A DNA stretch of 64,000 nt from Amoebophrya sp. A120 (lineage: Eukaryota; Protista; Dinoflagellata): NCBI GenBank assembly GCA_905178155.1, contig CAJINV010000001.1, positions 13,590,702-13,654,701 of the forward strand, in the 5' to 3' direction. Below are positions 1 to 12,900 of this stretch, piece after piece. A model generated the notes under the pieces. It did no database searches and was not told the origin of the DNA. It saw nothing but the letters and a program-made list of their open reading frames with translations. Numbering within the stretch: the first letter of the stretch is position 1; each line of letters begins with the position of its first letter. A program made the translations under genes and the position numbers.

Positions 1-1
1 C

Positions 2-406
2 TCCAGCTCGGGCAGTGACTCCGATGGCGGCGCCCGGAGGGGGGAAGCCGAGCAGGACTGCATGGACCAGACTCTCTGCACCCTGGCCGGCTGCAAGATC
101 ACGGGTTTCTGGACGGGGGTCATTGTGGGTTCGGTGATGCTGGTGACCATCGTTATCGTAATTATCGTCTGCACGCGCGGATCCGAAAAGGAGGAGGAGG
201 ACGACGAATCGGAGGGCAGCGGCTTCCTGCAAAATGTCGGACTTCTCGGAAGACGAGGCGCAGCCGCCCTGGGGACGACGGGCGACAGCGCGAAGCCGTT
301 TTCGCACCCTAGGCTCCGGGGGTCGAAGGCCGCGCGCTCGGCCGCCTTCGCGGGTTCGGAATTTGTGGAGGTGTGGAGCAGTCCCAAAGACGTGATTAAG
401 TTGTAA
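2..406 (+). CDS. 5'-truncated member 1 of tandem single-TM 'SFLE/RLRG-tail' family
   Basis: The frame is open from position 2 (SSSGSDSDGG...DCMDQTLC...). It has a TM helix FWTGVIVGSVMLVTIVIVIIVC and a tail with SGFLQ and PRLRGSKAARSAAFAGSE. It aligns by eye with 1663..2487. Confidence 0.75.
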   Translation, partial: SSSGSDSDGGARRGEAEQDCMDQTLCTLAGCKITGFWTGVIVGSVMLVTIVIVIIVCTRGSEKEEEDDESEGSGFLQNVGLLGRRGAAALGTTGDSAKPFSHPRLRGSKAARSAAFAGSEFVEVWSSPKDVIKL

Positions 407-1662
407 AGGACCCATTTTTCGACGCTCGAGTTGATGCAGTTTTTCGGATAGGAGCACGCAGTTTTATTGTCCAACGTAGATTGTGAATGTTGATTGTCTT
501 TGAAGATTTTTAATTTTAGTGTTACGTATTTTTTCAGGCATGGCATTTTTCTTCATTTTTTCCCCAACTCTTCTCATTTGTAATTAACGATAACGACCCC
601 GCCTCTCTTGGCACTAGCTGTAACTTTTTACTCTTTAACTTTTTGATGTTTGTCGCATAATTTTGCTCTCCCCCACTGGCATTTTGAAGAATTAACGAGA
701 AAGAGCTAAGTACACTATACCTTTCAGTTCGTTGTTGTCAGCACTGATGAAGAAGTCTTTTTTTACAGTATGGACCTGCCAGACTTTCCAGCCCGCGAGT
801 GTTGCGCCGTCCGTCAAAGATCATGGCCATACAGCGCATAGGAGGCGACACATATGAGTAACGGCCAAGGCAGCGAGTGCTTGATTTTTTTTGCGCTGGT
901 AACACGACGCACCATTCTCGGGAGGCAGGGAAAAGAATCAATTGTTTTACGTACACGATCACGAACAAAGCATGTGGACATGAAAAAGTATATAGTTTCG
1001 CGCACCCGGTCGTTCCCTTCGCCGATTTTTCGCTCGCTTACCCGATTTCTTTGGTAGGTTCGACGTATACTCGAAAACAATTTTCGGTCACAGAGAAGTC
1101 ATTTCAGATTTCCTTTCATCGTGATTTCTTCAGTTTTGAAGAATATAGATTGCTTTCGGTACTGCCACCTTCGTCATTGCGAACAGTCATTGCGAATCTG
1201 TTCGTCTCAGCTTCGAGTTCGGTTCTTGTTTCGCTTTCAACTTTAAACAAAACGTCGGTGCCATGCGGTTGCTTTGTCATGTTCGGTTCCGCTGTTTCGT
1301 AATGTACACGGTTAGTAGTTCTGATATAAGTGTCCGGATATTGTCGAACTTTCCGAATCCCGACAATCATGCTGACCCAATTAACCTGCCAGAAGTACTA
1401 AAATTCCCCGGTTTGAAAATTAATGGAGAAAAAAAGACTGTTGCTGTTCCCAATCCCATCAATTATGTCTATATTCCCCCTTTATTTTTGAAGAGCCTCC
1501 TGCTCCACCTAAAGAAGTTTTTCTTTCTTTTTTCGTATGCCGCAGCGGCAGCCCCACGGATTCACTACTTGAAATGGCACGACGTAATAAGCTTCTCCCT
1601 TCGTTCGGAAAATAAAAGCTGCACTCGATAAATCACGCCATCGGCCTACGCGCAAGGAAGGA

Positions 1663-2487
1663 ATGGAGGAAATTTCGGAAGATTCGGAAAGCGCTGCACT
1701 GCTGGCCGAGGAGAGCAAAAATGACCCGGGCGAGGATGTTGAACGCGCGACCACCGCAACAAAGATGCCGCCGAAAAATCTTAGAAGTGAGGGTAGCGGC
1801 TTGAGATCCTCGTCTTCTTCGAGCGACGGCAGCGGTGGAAGCAGACGGAAAGCAAAGGAGTCTACGTTTTTGAGCGGGCGACAGCGCACTTCCTTATCAA
1901 AGCAGTCGCTGTCGAAGCAGTCGTTTAAGGACGAGAGGAGCCCCCGCCGTTCGATGTCAAGACAGAATGCGTCGGTGTCGAAACAGAGCAGGCAATCCAT
2001 GTCGAGAATGGACAAAAAGCCGCCGCAGCATCATTCCTCGTCGTCGGATAGTGATCCGGAGCACCACGATTGTATGGAGGTTCCCTTTTGCGACTGTGGT
2101 TGTGTTATCCTGACAAGGTTCTGGTGTGCGGTGGTCGTTGCCGTTTCTTTATTCGTCGGCCTGGGCACAATCATAGTCATCCTCTTGATCGTCAAGAACA
2201 ACAAGGATCAGGACCAAACGGTTGAATTGAAAGAGGCAGAAGAAGACCGTCGTCAAGCGGGCCAGGTCGCCATTGAGTCCGCGTTTTTGGAGATGGATTT
2301 CTACCCCACCTCGGGACGAGAGAGGAGGCGCCCGCGGCCCGCAGACTATGAGAACATACAGCCTGAAAAGACACCGAGGTTGCGAGGAACCCGAAAAGCG
2401 CAAATGCGCGCTTCGCGTGCCGCCGCGCTTGCAGCGTCGGAATCGAGGACTGTGGATTTGCTTAGCGAGATGAAGAGGGGACACTAG
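1663..2487 (+). CDS. Family member 2 (S/R-rich disordered region, Cys cluster, TM, SAFLE, PRLRG); an upstream exon is possible
   Basis: 274-aa ORF. SSSDSD..DCM..C..G..T.FW..V.V and PRLRG...SRAAALAASE are shared with member 1. Confidence 0.75.
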   Translation: MEEISEDSESAALLAEESKNDPGEDVERATTATKMPPKNLRSEGSGLRSSSSSSDGSGGSRRKAKESTFLSGRQRTSLSKQSLSKQSFKDERSPRRSMSRQNASVSKQSRQSMSRMDKKPPQHHSSSSDSDPEHHDCMEVPFCDCGCVILTRFWCAVVVAVSLFVGLGTIIVILLIVKNNKDQDQTVELKEAEEDRRQAGQVAIESAFLEMDFYPTSGRERRRPRPADYENIQPEKTPRLRGTRKAQMRASRAAALAASESRTVDLLSEMKRGH

Positions 2488-3713
2488 CTGTGAGCCTTTA
2501 ATTTTTTTGTACTCCGCCAAGAGCTACGTACTTACCATCTATCAAAGAAGTTTTGTCATTTTTTACTTGGAAGGTTTCATTTCATGTCGCGTATTCTTTC
2601 CTTGTGATCGCGACCCTGCTCATTTTCACTGTTTTTGACGTTGTTATTGACGTTGGTTGTCATTTTTACAGATAAAGATTCACATCGATCCTGCTAGATT
2701 CTTCCGCTCGTATTTCATAAGTGTATAACACTGACTACACACGGACACGCAGAGCTCCAGTGAAGCAAAGATATTTATTTGAATGTTTGTCTTCGTCAAA
2801 ATCAATCTCCCTCTCTTATACTCGCCGTGCCCCATGGGAAGGAGGAGCTGCATATTTCTTCTTAGAGTGCGAGTGCTCTCGTATGGTGTTTACCACCTAC
2901 GGGACAGACGACCAACGCACTGACTTCTCTCTGGGCGCGCACAAATTTTCGTTTCGTACTGACGCCGTTAGACAGGAAGGTCGGTATTTGTCTTGTGCAG
3001 CCCCGTTGAATATAGCCAGGTCGGTTCGCTTTGTGCATCATTATCACCTCATTCAGCCTCGGTTTGTCGAGTTTTTCTCGGTGTACGTCGTCTTTTCTGT
3101 GCTGGAGCCACTTCGAAGGTCTTTCGGTTTGAGCAAATTCGCGCATGAGCAGTCGCAGTGACGCCGACCCAGCGGCTTCGGTGCAGCCACGGTGCTTGCA
3201 TTGTCTTCGTATTTGTGACGTCCTCTCCTGGTGGTAGCTAATTTACCAAATGCTACTTAGGACGTGTAGCTGCGGCTCGGTTCTATGCGACTACTCATGT
3301 CTGTGCGTTTTCTTAAAATCGACTCACCGGTTCTCCTCCAGGCGTCTTTCTCCTGTTATTAATTTTTTTTACAAGTCGTACACAATATCACGTCCCCAAG
3401 TATTCTTTCATCTGAAGCTCGCTTGTCGAAGATTCGCTTTTATTTTTATGCCGTTTCTTGAATTTTGCTTTCAAAAACAAAGCCGATTGGACTTCTGACC
3501 GATGTGCTTTATTTGACTTTGGCTTCCCTTCCGTAGTTCTAGTTCACCTTTCCTTCAAGACTAAAAATGTTTTCGCGTCGATCGCAAGTGCGAGGGTCTA
3601 GCAGCAGAGCCTTGCCTTGTTTTTGACCAGCAGTAGTTGTTCCGTTTTGATTACAACATTGAAGACCACTACTCTACTCACGAATTCGCTGAACGGCTCT
3701 TTACCCCATCAAC

Positions 3714-5037
3714 ATGGGCAACACCAACTCGAATTCCACCGGCCTCGTTTTCCCGGAGTCCACCTCGGTGGGGAGACAGGCGGGAGAAGCGGAACTGGAT
3801 GAAGATGACGCATCGACGTCAGGTTCCTCCGAGGAGCAGACGGCATCGAACGAAGAGGAAAATTTTGGTGTGGAAAGACCGCTGGTGCAGTTGCGGCGGT
3901 CCCGAAATACACGGCAAAAGGAAGTACAACAGCCTAGGAGTCCTCGTCCGGAGGGGGAGGGAACCTACTACGACAGCGGCGATGATCAAGCCGGCAGTCA
4001 ACTGTTCGCTGGGGCAAGCACCAACCAAAGCGGTGCGGGCATGGCGACGGCAGCGACGAAGCGGTACCACAGCGGACGACAACAGCACCGTTCGAAGGGA
4101 AAGGGTAAAGGGAAGGAGCACAGCTACAAGTCGGCCCTCAGCGGCGGATCTTCGCCTGTTCCTATCAAGAGTGAAGAACGCAGTTGTACTTTTAGTATCT
4201 CTGTATAATATTCTTGCGTCGCTGCTGCTAGAAAGCTTCATGGGCCGGCGCTGCTCTGCAAAAATATGTATCTATGTGGTCCAATACTTGATGTTGACCA
4301 AAAGTAAAAGAGCAGGGTGTTTCTGGCAAGGGCCCGGCACTGCCACATCAGATGAATAAAATTGTAGATACAAAAGAAGGGCTGGAGTTTTACTCCTGAT
4401 AGGGACCTTCTCAGGAGACTTCGGCGAAGAAGAAGTTGACTCCTCGCCCAGGGACAAGATCCAGAAAAGGGAGGGTGAAGAAAAGCAGCCAACTGTTGCT
4501 GGCGGGGCCTCGCAGGTCTCCACGATGTCCCCCGCCTCTCGCAGTACCGCCTCCCGGGCAACCGCGATGCCGAGACCGGGCTACTCGTCCAGTGCCGGAA
4601 CTAAAGCTACCGACTATTCCTCCACGGGGGGCGCAAAACCTTCTACTATCACGACCGGGCGCTCGCCCTCCGGGGCGGGGTCGTCGAGACATCACTTGGA
4701 GAAACAGCACACCGGCGAACATACCGACGGCTTCTGGTCAAGTTGGAGCCGCCCGATCTACTGGATGGGAAGCTGTCCGATCTCTCTGGGACTGCTCTTC
4801 GTCCTGTGTGGGGGGATCGTCCTCCTGGGCACGTTCATTGGCGTGATGGCATGCATGTGCGCCCCGAGTGAAGAAGCGGAGGAAGAGAAAACCGAGAATC
4901 AGTCGTCCTTTGTGGCGCTGCGTCGTGGGCGGCGCTGGCGCCACGCATCGGGAATCGACCGGCCGAGACTCCGCGGGGCACTGATTACGAAGATGATGAC
5001 TGCATGTTCACTTTACTTGTTTTGTTTTGCACACTAG
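3714..5037 (+). CDS. Family member 3 (MGNTNS start; at least 2 exons; TM; SSFV...PRLRG)
   Basis: The 3714 ORF joins the 4525-frame ORF in frame, either by GT4171..AG4402 or by removing the inverted-repeat insert 4163..4406. TM is ISLGLLFVLCGGIVLLGTFIGVMACMC. Confidence 0.7.
4163..4401. mobile_element. TAT...ATA inverted-repeat intron (introner-like), degenerate
   Basis: Left end tatcaagagtgaagaacgcag...cttttagtatct; reverse complement of right end tatcaggagtaaaactccag...cttttgtatct. 5-bp flanks GTTCC/GGGAC. Removing the insert plus 5 nt keeps the frame. Confidence 0.65.
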
Positions 5038-5339
5038 GATCGATTGTTGAAAAATACTGTCGAAGAAACGGCTAGTGCTCGACATTGGTGTTCTTTTTGG
5101 GCTTGATAGTACTATGAAGAATTACAACCGCACCAAAAAGAACACGCTCACGATCCGCCACCGCAGCCCCGGGATTATGAAATGTGGATCATATGCTGCC
5201 TCATGGACGTATGTTGCTGTTTTTAATCCCGTACGCGAAAAATGTCGATGTACTCCCGCAAGCTAGAACTACATATGTTTATACGATTTGATGAGGCTAA
5301 TGGTTTTGCAGGACGCGTTGTCACGCAGGACTGCCACCA

Positions 5340-5579
5340 GTGCAGGAAAAGCAAAACAAGAAACTTTGCACCTCTATTACAACTCGCAGTGCCAGACAGT
5401 TGGCCGCTTCCCGCGCCGCTGAGGTCACCCCCTTCGAGGAGGCCTCTAGCGCGGCATCGGTGGACGGTGAGGGGGAATCTTCCCCGGCGGACCAGCAGTC
5501 AGCGGACCAACACGCGGCGGACCAGCACTTGGCGGACCAGCACTCAGCGGTCGGCCATCATTCGGCGACACCCAAGTAA
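5340..5579 (+). CDS. Possible terminal exon of member 3 with ADQ[QH] repeats
   Basis: LAASRAAE resembles the post-RLRG tail of members 1-2. It has four ADQ[QH] repeats. The splice junction is not resolved. Confidence 0.35.
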   Translation: MQEKQNKKLCTSITTRSARQLAASRAAEVTPFEEASSAASVDGEGESSPADQQSADQHAADQHLADQHSAVGHHSATPK

Positions 5580-7143
5580 AAACTCTCGGTTTTAATATAC
5601 GATAAGCATCTTCACGAGCAACCTGGAGCGGAGGAGTAGCCGCATCGACGGGCAACTCTGATCACGATGAATGCTGATTTCCATTTTTTTCGACTCCCAG
5701 AGATTTTTAAGCCTCGGGGTTACTTTTATTCGCATACTAGAGCTAAACTAAAATTTTGTGTTATTGCATTCGGTCTTTCGTTACACATCTTGCTAGTACT
5801 ATTGTCATTGCATTTTCCACCAGGTAAAGATTTCATTTCAACACTGAACCACTTGCTTTTTTTTGTTTGGCCTTACATTGATTTGACTCGCACGTAACAT
5901 TTATTTAGAGTATTGAAACCGTTTCTCTAGCGTTCTGCCTACCTCTCAGGGGGAGTGGATTATCTCGGCATATTGAATATTGCCGGGCTGTTACTTTCTG
6001 TTTATTCTGAAGGTGGAGACCCTGCTCTGAGAAGCCATGAGATGTCTCCTCCGCGTAAATGCACGGACTATGCCGCGACGTCTAGTATCCCTTGCGAACA
6101 AGAAAAGGCAACAAGAAGTACAAGTGGAAGGTAGCAGTTTTGTTGGTCGGTAGTAATGCCCTCCGGAGCAGAGGTTTTGGTTTTCTCTCGATCAGCCCCC
6201 GGGATTCGATGTGTCCGTTTCAATACTTCCGTTTTGGCAAGGATGAATAAGATAAAATGCAAATGAACTACACCAGTTTTGCGTGGTAGTGCGTCGGTGT
6301 CGTATGAGTTGATATTTTCGGTCTTCGTCCATTGATTTTTGCCATCTGCGATGAATATTCAGTCATTCCGCAGTGGCCATCTTCGTCTCTTTGCTCTATC
6401 GGTGATTTTTCCGCTGACAACTCGGTGTTGAACTCCTGGATGAGCGTGTGAAATTTAGAACGCCTTTTTATTCTGTCGGTGCGAAGCAGAGAATCAATCA
6501 TGAGGCTCGGTTTTGTACGTCGTGCAACTTGCTTATCGTTTTTCTCTTGTCATCGCTTGCCTTTCGTTGTTGCAAGGCCGCGCCAGCCACGCTGCGCATT
6601 GCTAGTCGTACTTTTTGAAACAAGCGGCAATGAATCCTGCCGTCTCTCTTTTTTTATCTTTTTAGTAGATTGCATTGATTGTGTACTCCCCCCAAAATTT
6701 TGTACATTGTGACCCGATACGAGAATCAATGCTAAGCGATGTACTCCCCCCGAAATGTACACTGATCTGAGACGAGAACTCAATACAATTCTAAGCTAAT
6801 ATCACCTTTTAAATCGTTTTTTTCTTCCTCCTCGAATTTATTTAAGAGCCATTCTCCGAATCGCGCTAGCAACATGTGTTGATGTAGCAGCCCTGTTGCT
6901 CATCGTATTTCTTCTTCATCTCGCGTCGTTGCCTATGTGCTTTACTATGTTGGTACAACACGATGTACTCTTACTACTACCGCTGCGTGCAGAACAGCAT
7001 AGCACGAAGACTACTGTACAACATGCAATTGTTATTTGTACGGAGATCAAGTACTAAAAGTTGGTCGTGATCAACCATCAATCGATCCTGATTGAACACA
7101 AAGTTCATCATCTTTCCTCGTTCTGCTGACAGGACAAGAAGTC

Positions 7144-8613
7144 ATGGGAAACGCGAAGAGCTTGTCGCTAGCGGAAGCCAGAGAAATTGTGGACCAGATG
7201 GAGGAGGAGGAAGGGCTTTTCTCCGGCGACGAAGTCACGGTGGAGGAACTTCAGGTTGCGAAGGAAACCTACTTCGACGACGAACACTTTGACGACGATG
7301 TTGATGCAAAAACATCAAAACTCAAGCAGCCACTTCTGAACAGGGAAGATGTAACATCGGTGGAAAGACCAGTTGGAGCCGGTTCGTCTGTCGACACAAA
7401 TAATCTTCGCGCGAATATTAAAACTAAGCATCAGGGAACAATACCACGACGGCCGGAGGGCGAGGGCCCTGGAAGCTTTGATTCCAACGAGCGGGTTACC
7501 ATTCAAGTGTCCCCCGGCACCGGGGAAGATGTGCCCGTGGAAATGTTCGGCCTGACTCCGCCGTCGACTTTGGGCCACGCGAATCTCATGAAACCTCGCA
7601 CCGCACCAGCACCAGGCGGACGCATCTCGGGTGTGGTCAAGAGTGCCTTCGTGACGGGAGACAAAGAGACTTCCGGAAGAGCACCTTTTGTGCGCGACTC
7701 GTTCGGCCCCCGAAAATCGCGAAGCTCGACGTCGTCTATCCCCCCGGTGAGCGACATTACGACCTCGCTTCACCGAGAGCGAGGCGAGCGGCTGAACCGC
7801 GAACCGGGCTCGGCCGCAGCGCCGCATGGCCGTTTCAGTGCGCGGACCGCGCAGAAGCAGTTCCGGTCGGCGGGGGCTAAGCACAAGCAGTCGAGGGAGA
7901 ACCTGATCCGGGGAAGTCGAGGAGTGCGGATCGAAGACGAGGAAGATGATGATGAGCGCGTGTTCGACCACAATTCCCATTCTGGTTCCGAAGAATCAGT
8001 GTACGCCAACCTGAGCCTGAACCTGAACCCGAACGCACCATTGCCGGCTCCCCCCCCCGCGCTCGGCGCGAACCTCGTCGACCTACTGCACGGCGAAGGG
8101 TCGGGGAAACAGCGGAGCCTGTTGGTCGAATCCGGACAGTCGGGCCAGCAGAGCGCCGGCCAGCGGAGCTTTGCGCTGGAGTCGGGGCAACTTACCGACG
8201 ACGGCCGGAAAAAAATGAGTAACATCATGGCCAATGTCCGAACAAATACCGATTCGTTCAGGAACGGAAGCCGGGGTCGCGATGGAATCGCGGCTGGCGA
8301 TGAAGACGAGGATGATGATCGCGACCCGGTGAATTGGACGTTGGTGTGGCTCGCCTTAGCGGGGGTTGGCCTCCTCATCGTGATTGGTGCCGTCGTGATC
8401 GTCATGTGCTGTTGCAAGAACAAGGCGGACGCGGACGACGACGATGGAAACGATGAGAACGAAGGAGGTAACAACGGCAACAAGAAGAACGCAAAGACAA
8501 CCGGAAAGTCAGCGTTTTTGGAGGACTGGCGACCTCTCAACGTCCGGCTGCGCGGGAGCGTCGCGCTTATGAACTTGAATTCGGTCGTCGTCGGCCCCAC
8601 AACCAGTCCCTGA
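7144..8613 (+). CDS. Family member 4 (MGNAKS; disordered; TM then CCC; SAFLE; RLRG)
   Basis: 489-aa single ORF. TM is WTLVWLALAGVGLLIVIGAVVIVMCCC; tail is SAFLEDWRPLNVRLRGS. Confidence 0.8.
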   Translation: MGNAKSLSLAEAREIVDQMEEEEGLFSGDEVTVEELQVAKETYFDDEHFDDDVDAKTSKLKQPLLNREDVTSVERPVGAGSSVDTNNLRANIKTKHQGTIPRRPEGEGPGSFDSNERVTIQVSPGTGEDVPVEMFGLTPPSTLGHANLMKPRTAPAPGGRISGVVKSAFVTGDKETSGRAPFVRDSFGPRKSRSSTSSIPPVSDITTSLHRERGERLNREPGSAAAPHGRFSARTAQKQFRSAGAKHKQSRENLIRGSRGVRIEDEEDDDERVFDHNSHSGSEESVYANLSLNLNPNAPLPAPPPALGANLVDLLHGEGSGKQRSLLVESGQSGQQSAGQRSFALESGQLTDDGRKKMSNIMANVRTNTDSFRNGSRGRDGIAAGDEDEDDDRDPVNWTLVWLALAGVGLLIVIGAVVIVMCCCKNKADADDDDGNDENEGGNNGNKKNAKTTGKSAFLEDWRPLNVRLRGSVALMNLNSVVVGPTTSP

Positions 8614-9970
8614 GAGTCACCAGATATCAACCATAGTGCCGTTTTTTTGCATATACAGCATACAGTGCGCGGCAAAGTTAGTAGTGTCCCCTGCTGTGTA
8701 TAAAATGATTTTCAGGCCACCAAGATGAAGAAATAAATGAAAAACAAGAGAGGCGCGGCTTCGTTCAACAGCCCCTGTTTCCTGGGCACAGTTATCGTGG
8801 CTCGAGGGAAAAAATGTAGTTGTGGGGGCAGGCGTTTTGCATTAGGATAAATCGCCAATCAGCCGCATCGCGGGCAGCGGCTTCAACACTATCCTCTGCC
8901 AACGAAGGAGTTCCAATGGTGGACTACGATTTCAAGCGGGTCTCGGGTGGTGAATCTTAAATGCTTTCGACTCTTTTCACTTTACATTACATATCTGTTT
9001 AGCATCACGTTTCTTTTACTGGTTTATTTTTTACAGCTTTTACAAAGAAAAACAAAAATTCCAAGCTTTGAGCTTTTTTGAACTCATATCGAAGATTTCA
9101 TAGTTATTCCAATGACCTTAAAAAAGAGCGTCCATCGCGAACTCGGAGAATTACTAGCGTGGGTTGAAGCGACATCGTCGTTGTGTGCCTGCACCATTTT
9201 TTTGTTTATTTTTTCATACTAACTTTCAATAACGTAAAGAAAAAGAATAGAACTACAATTAGCCCCCTCTTCGGCCTATCAGGTCTGGGCGCTCAACATC
9301 TACCGATACTACAAAGATTTTTGCTTGAGTACTTGAGTAACAGAAATGGAAGTAATTGCTTTCGCAGAAAAGCTTTCGAGTAGGGTAATTTTTTTTGCCC
9401 CTCGTGCTCCCTGTTTAGTGTACTCATTGCCACCTCCTCCGTGGTCCTATCTTGCTTCGGTAGAGCGCGTCGTTAATTTCGGTCCTGATTTCGTGAGCTT
9501 TTCGGATGACTTCAGTTTTTGGTTTTCGGTTGTCGAGTACACATGTTGTTTTTCGGTTTTCGTCCATCTTGCGCCTGATTGGATTTGGCAGGCTACTTTA
9601 GCTTATGTCTGATGTATCATTTCGGCAGCCCAGTAATTTTCACCTGCTATGCTACTAGTTCGTTTCGGAAAAAACACAGTTCTTCCGTTGACACAGCTGC
9701 TATAACCCCATTAAGTTTTGTACACAGTAGTCGATGTAAAAAGTAGTAACAGGAATTTGATCATCATCATCTCAATGTCAATCTCCTCCATATATAATTT
9801 CGATTGTAGTTTAAGTTTTCCTTTTCTAAAGCTTGCTTCAACCAGCAGCAGCGCCGGCATAGCTTGAGACGCCTAGCTACTCGGCGGGCGTATCGTTTTG
9901 TTTTCGCGCGTGGGTTGTTGTTTTGCGCGAACGCGATTTTTTGATTTCTGACGACAAGGCGAACGCGATC

Positions 9971-12900
9971 ATGGGAAATAGCAACGTGATTATGGGCAAT
10001 GGTGCTTTCTTTCCTACCGCAGGACAGGACGAAGGCGAAGGGCACCAGGCTGATGCTGCGGAGCAGCAGCTTCAAGAGCCGCTCATCACGACAGGTATGT
10101 AACACAGTAAAGCCACGCTGGTGGAGGTCTGGATATGTGCATTATCGGTCCTAGGCCCTTACCTACAGGCTGCTAGCGCGGCCGCTTCCCGTCTTGCTTG
10201 AAAGAGGTCAGCGAATAAAAGTACCACTTCTAGAGCTTTGCAAATGCTGGAGCGATGGCCGCTGCGACCTTTTTTCGTCTTGTTTTTTGTGGTTCTCACT
10301 ACATTTTTTCTTTGGTGTCATAATCGATCTAATCTTGCCGCAGCCTTCTAGAGTTCTCCCGCCCTGACGTCTGCTGTGTACCAGCAGCGATTTCTCTCTT
10401 GAGCGGAACTTATTGATTTGCTTCTTTTCTTCCCCACTACAGGTAGAAGATCCGGGTCGCGGCGGAGCCGAACGAGCGGCCGGCAAAACCAGGACCCGAG
10501 GCTACTGAACCGCCACCAGCCCGTGTACAGCAAGGGAAGACCGGCGAATAAATCACGGGCTAGTAGTACAACCGAGGGTGACGGACCGGCACTGGCCGCT
10601 ATTCAGGAGGGGGAGGCTTTCGAGAATGTTTTAGCCGCCGGGGGCAGTGACGATGAAGGTGGGCCCCCGCACGGGCTCTTCAGCGAGCTCAACCAGCCTG
10701 CCGTGTTTGGCCTTCCGAGCAGTCTTCCCCCCACTGCGTCGGATGAGGAGCACCTCGATTTGGGCAACGCGTCCGCCGAAACCATAATGACGGAAGCACC
10801 GATGTCGGGGGAAGGGATCACGAGTCTCATCCTGGAGAGTGTGCTGCGGAGTGGGGTTAGCGATGAAGGGAGCGCTATCCTGAGTAAAAACGTACCCACA
10901 CCAGAGTCAGGATGGGGATTTTGCAACACAAACCTAGGAGTTTTGTGAGTCACGCATGACAAGTTGCGCTATGCAGTGTAGTGCAGGTTAGCAAGTGCAG
11001 CCGCATCACAGATTCATCTGCTCATCCTGTTCACAGCATCACAAATTCCAAAACACGACTGGAAATGGCTCTCATGGGGATGCGCATTACAAGTCTTCCT
11101 GTCTTTGCAAATCTGCATTACAACTCTGGTGTGTCAAGCCATCTGCGGCCTGGGGCAGGGGGGGGGGCAAAGTGTGCTGCAATTCCGTTTAGCATTACAA
11201 CTCTGGTGTGGGTATGTTTTTACTCAGGATAAGCGCCCCGTCCAAGGCGGCGACGTTGAGCGCGATGACGGGCACGAGTGCGCCCTCCACGGCATCCGTT
11301 AACACGCTCGGACAGATATCAAAAGGAAAAATCCCCCCTTCCCATATCGAAAACGAAATTTGTGATTCTGTATTTGAGTACACAAATCGACTTGTAATGC
11401 TAGAAGGCCAAGAGCCGCAGTCGTGGCCTAGTTTGCAGGTAATTTGTCATGTTGTTTCCCACTTCCGCCGCGTCCTGTCATGCTGAAGACGCAAGGCTTT
11501 CCCACGCCAACCAGCCCTACAGTCCGCATCTTTTCCCTTCTAGCATGACAAAGCTGTGACCACAAATCTGCATCACAGATTTTCGTTTTGATGTGGGGAG
11601 CGGGAATTTTTCCTCTTGATAACAGATGGCAGCTGGCGCCGCGGGTGGATCTCGCCCGGGCGTGTCGACGCAGTCCACCTTCGGCAGTTTTCTGACGCTG
11701 AAAAGTCAGATCTCCAGCTCTAAATTGGTGAGCGACGCGCGGCAGACCGCACAGCCGGACAACACGTGGGTTCCTGCGCAGTTCGGCATGCACCAGCCCG
11801 GCACGGGAGACGCAGGCAGCGGAACAAACGAAATTTCGCCCAGGGGCACCACTCTGGGCGAAATTGCAGGCATCACGTCCTCCGCCGGGGGTGCTCGCCG
11901 GGAGTCGGTCACGCTCGGGCAGCTGGCGGGCATCGCGGGGGCGGCGTCGCCCCCGGGAAGCAACGACCAATCGGGGTCCAATATGGATGGGTCAGGTGTG
12001 GGAAATGCACAAAATGGAAATGTGTTTGTAGAATGCATGTGCTGATGTGCTCCCTCTAGGACGGGCAAAAGCTCCGTATTGCATGGGAGGCAATAACGGA
12101 AGAAGATTGTATGTAATGCTGACAGGCCCGCCTGAACAGCGTGAGTGAATGCCTCAACGCGTTTGAGAAATTCTGTCGCTTGGAGGTGCGGATGCCACAT
12201 TTTTTACTGTGGAGCCGCTTCTAGTCATCACAAGTAAAAATGATTTCTGCGGAAGCGTGCTTTTTGGGTCGGGGTTGTGTAGTTTGTTTGCGACTCATCT
12301 CGGTTCTTTAGCATGACAAAGCATCTACTCCAGGTTGGGTGTAATTTCCCTTCTGACACTTCCATATCTAAAGCGATGAGTCGCGGGGGGCGTACGACCG
12401 CGCAACCGGATTCGGACCCGGCGTGGATGCCTGGCCAATTTGGGCATCGGGAGGATCATCCTTCCCAAGGAGACACGGAGGCGCACTGGATGTTTCAAAA
12501 TGGTCAACAAAGGCCCTCCCAAAACCAGCAAGGGGGGCCTGCCAACGCCGCAGATGGGGACACTGAGGCGCACTGGATGTTTCAACAGGGCCAACGGCCG
12601 TCCCAAGCGGACCGCCAACAAGGGGCGGATCCTTTCTACGGCGCAACGGATGCTGCAGATGCAGACGCGCACTGGATGTTTCAAGAAGGGCAGCAAAGGC
12701 CCGGGCAAGGCGGCGTGGCCGCAGGCGTACCTGGCGATGAAGACACCGAGGCGCATTGGATGTTCCTTCAACAGCAAGCGCAGATGAATGCGCAGTACGA
12801 CCATAAGGCCGGGGCGCACATGGGCATGATTGCGGCGACCAGGAAGAAGGTAAACTGCTGGTTCGAGGTGCTGCACCAGTGTGGACCGTTCAAAGTCACG

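Noticed and set aside
1325-1630. Possible TAT...ATA insert upstream of member 2
   Set aside because: The inverted similarity is weak, and the +5 removal does not join a convincing upstream exon in frame.
6680-6798. Diverged roughly 60-bp tandem duplication (tgtactcccccc.aaat..gtaca)
   Set aside because: Only two degenerate intergenic copies. It is not CRISPR-like and nothing suggests a function.
7315-8675. Long minus-strand ORFs (221 and 301 aa) and similar ones elsewhere
   Set aside because: These are antisense shadows of GC-rich + strand CDSs with no motifs.
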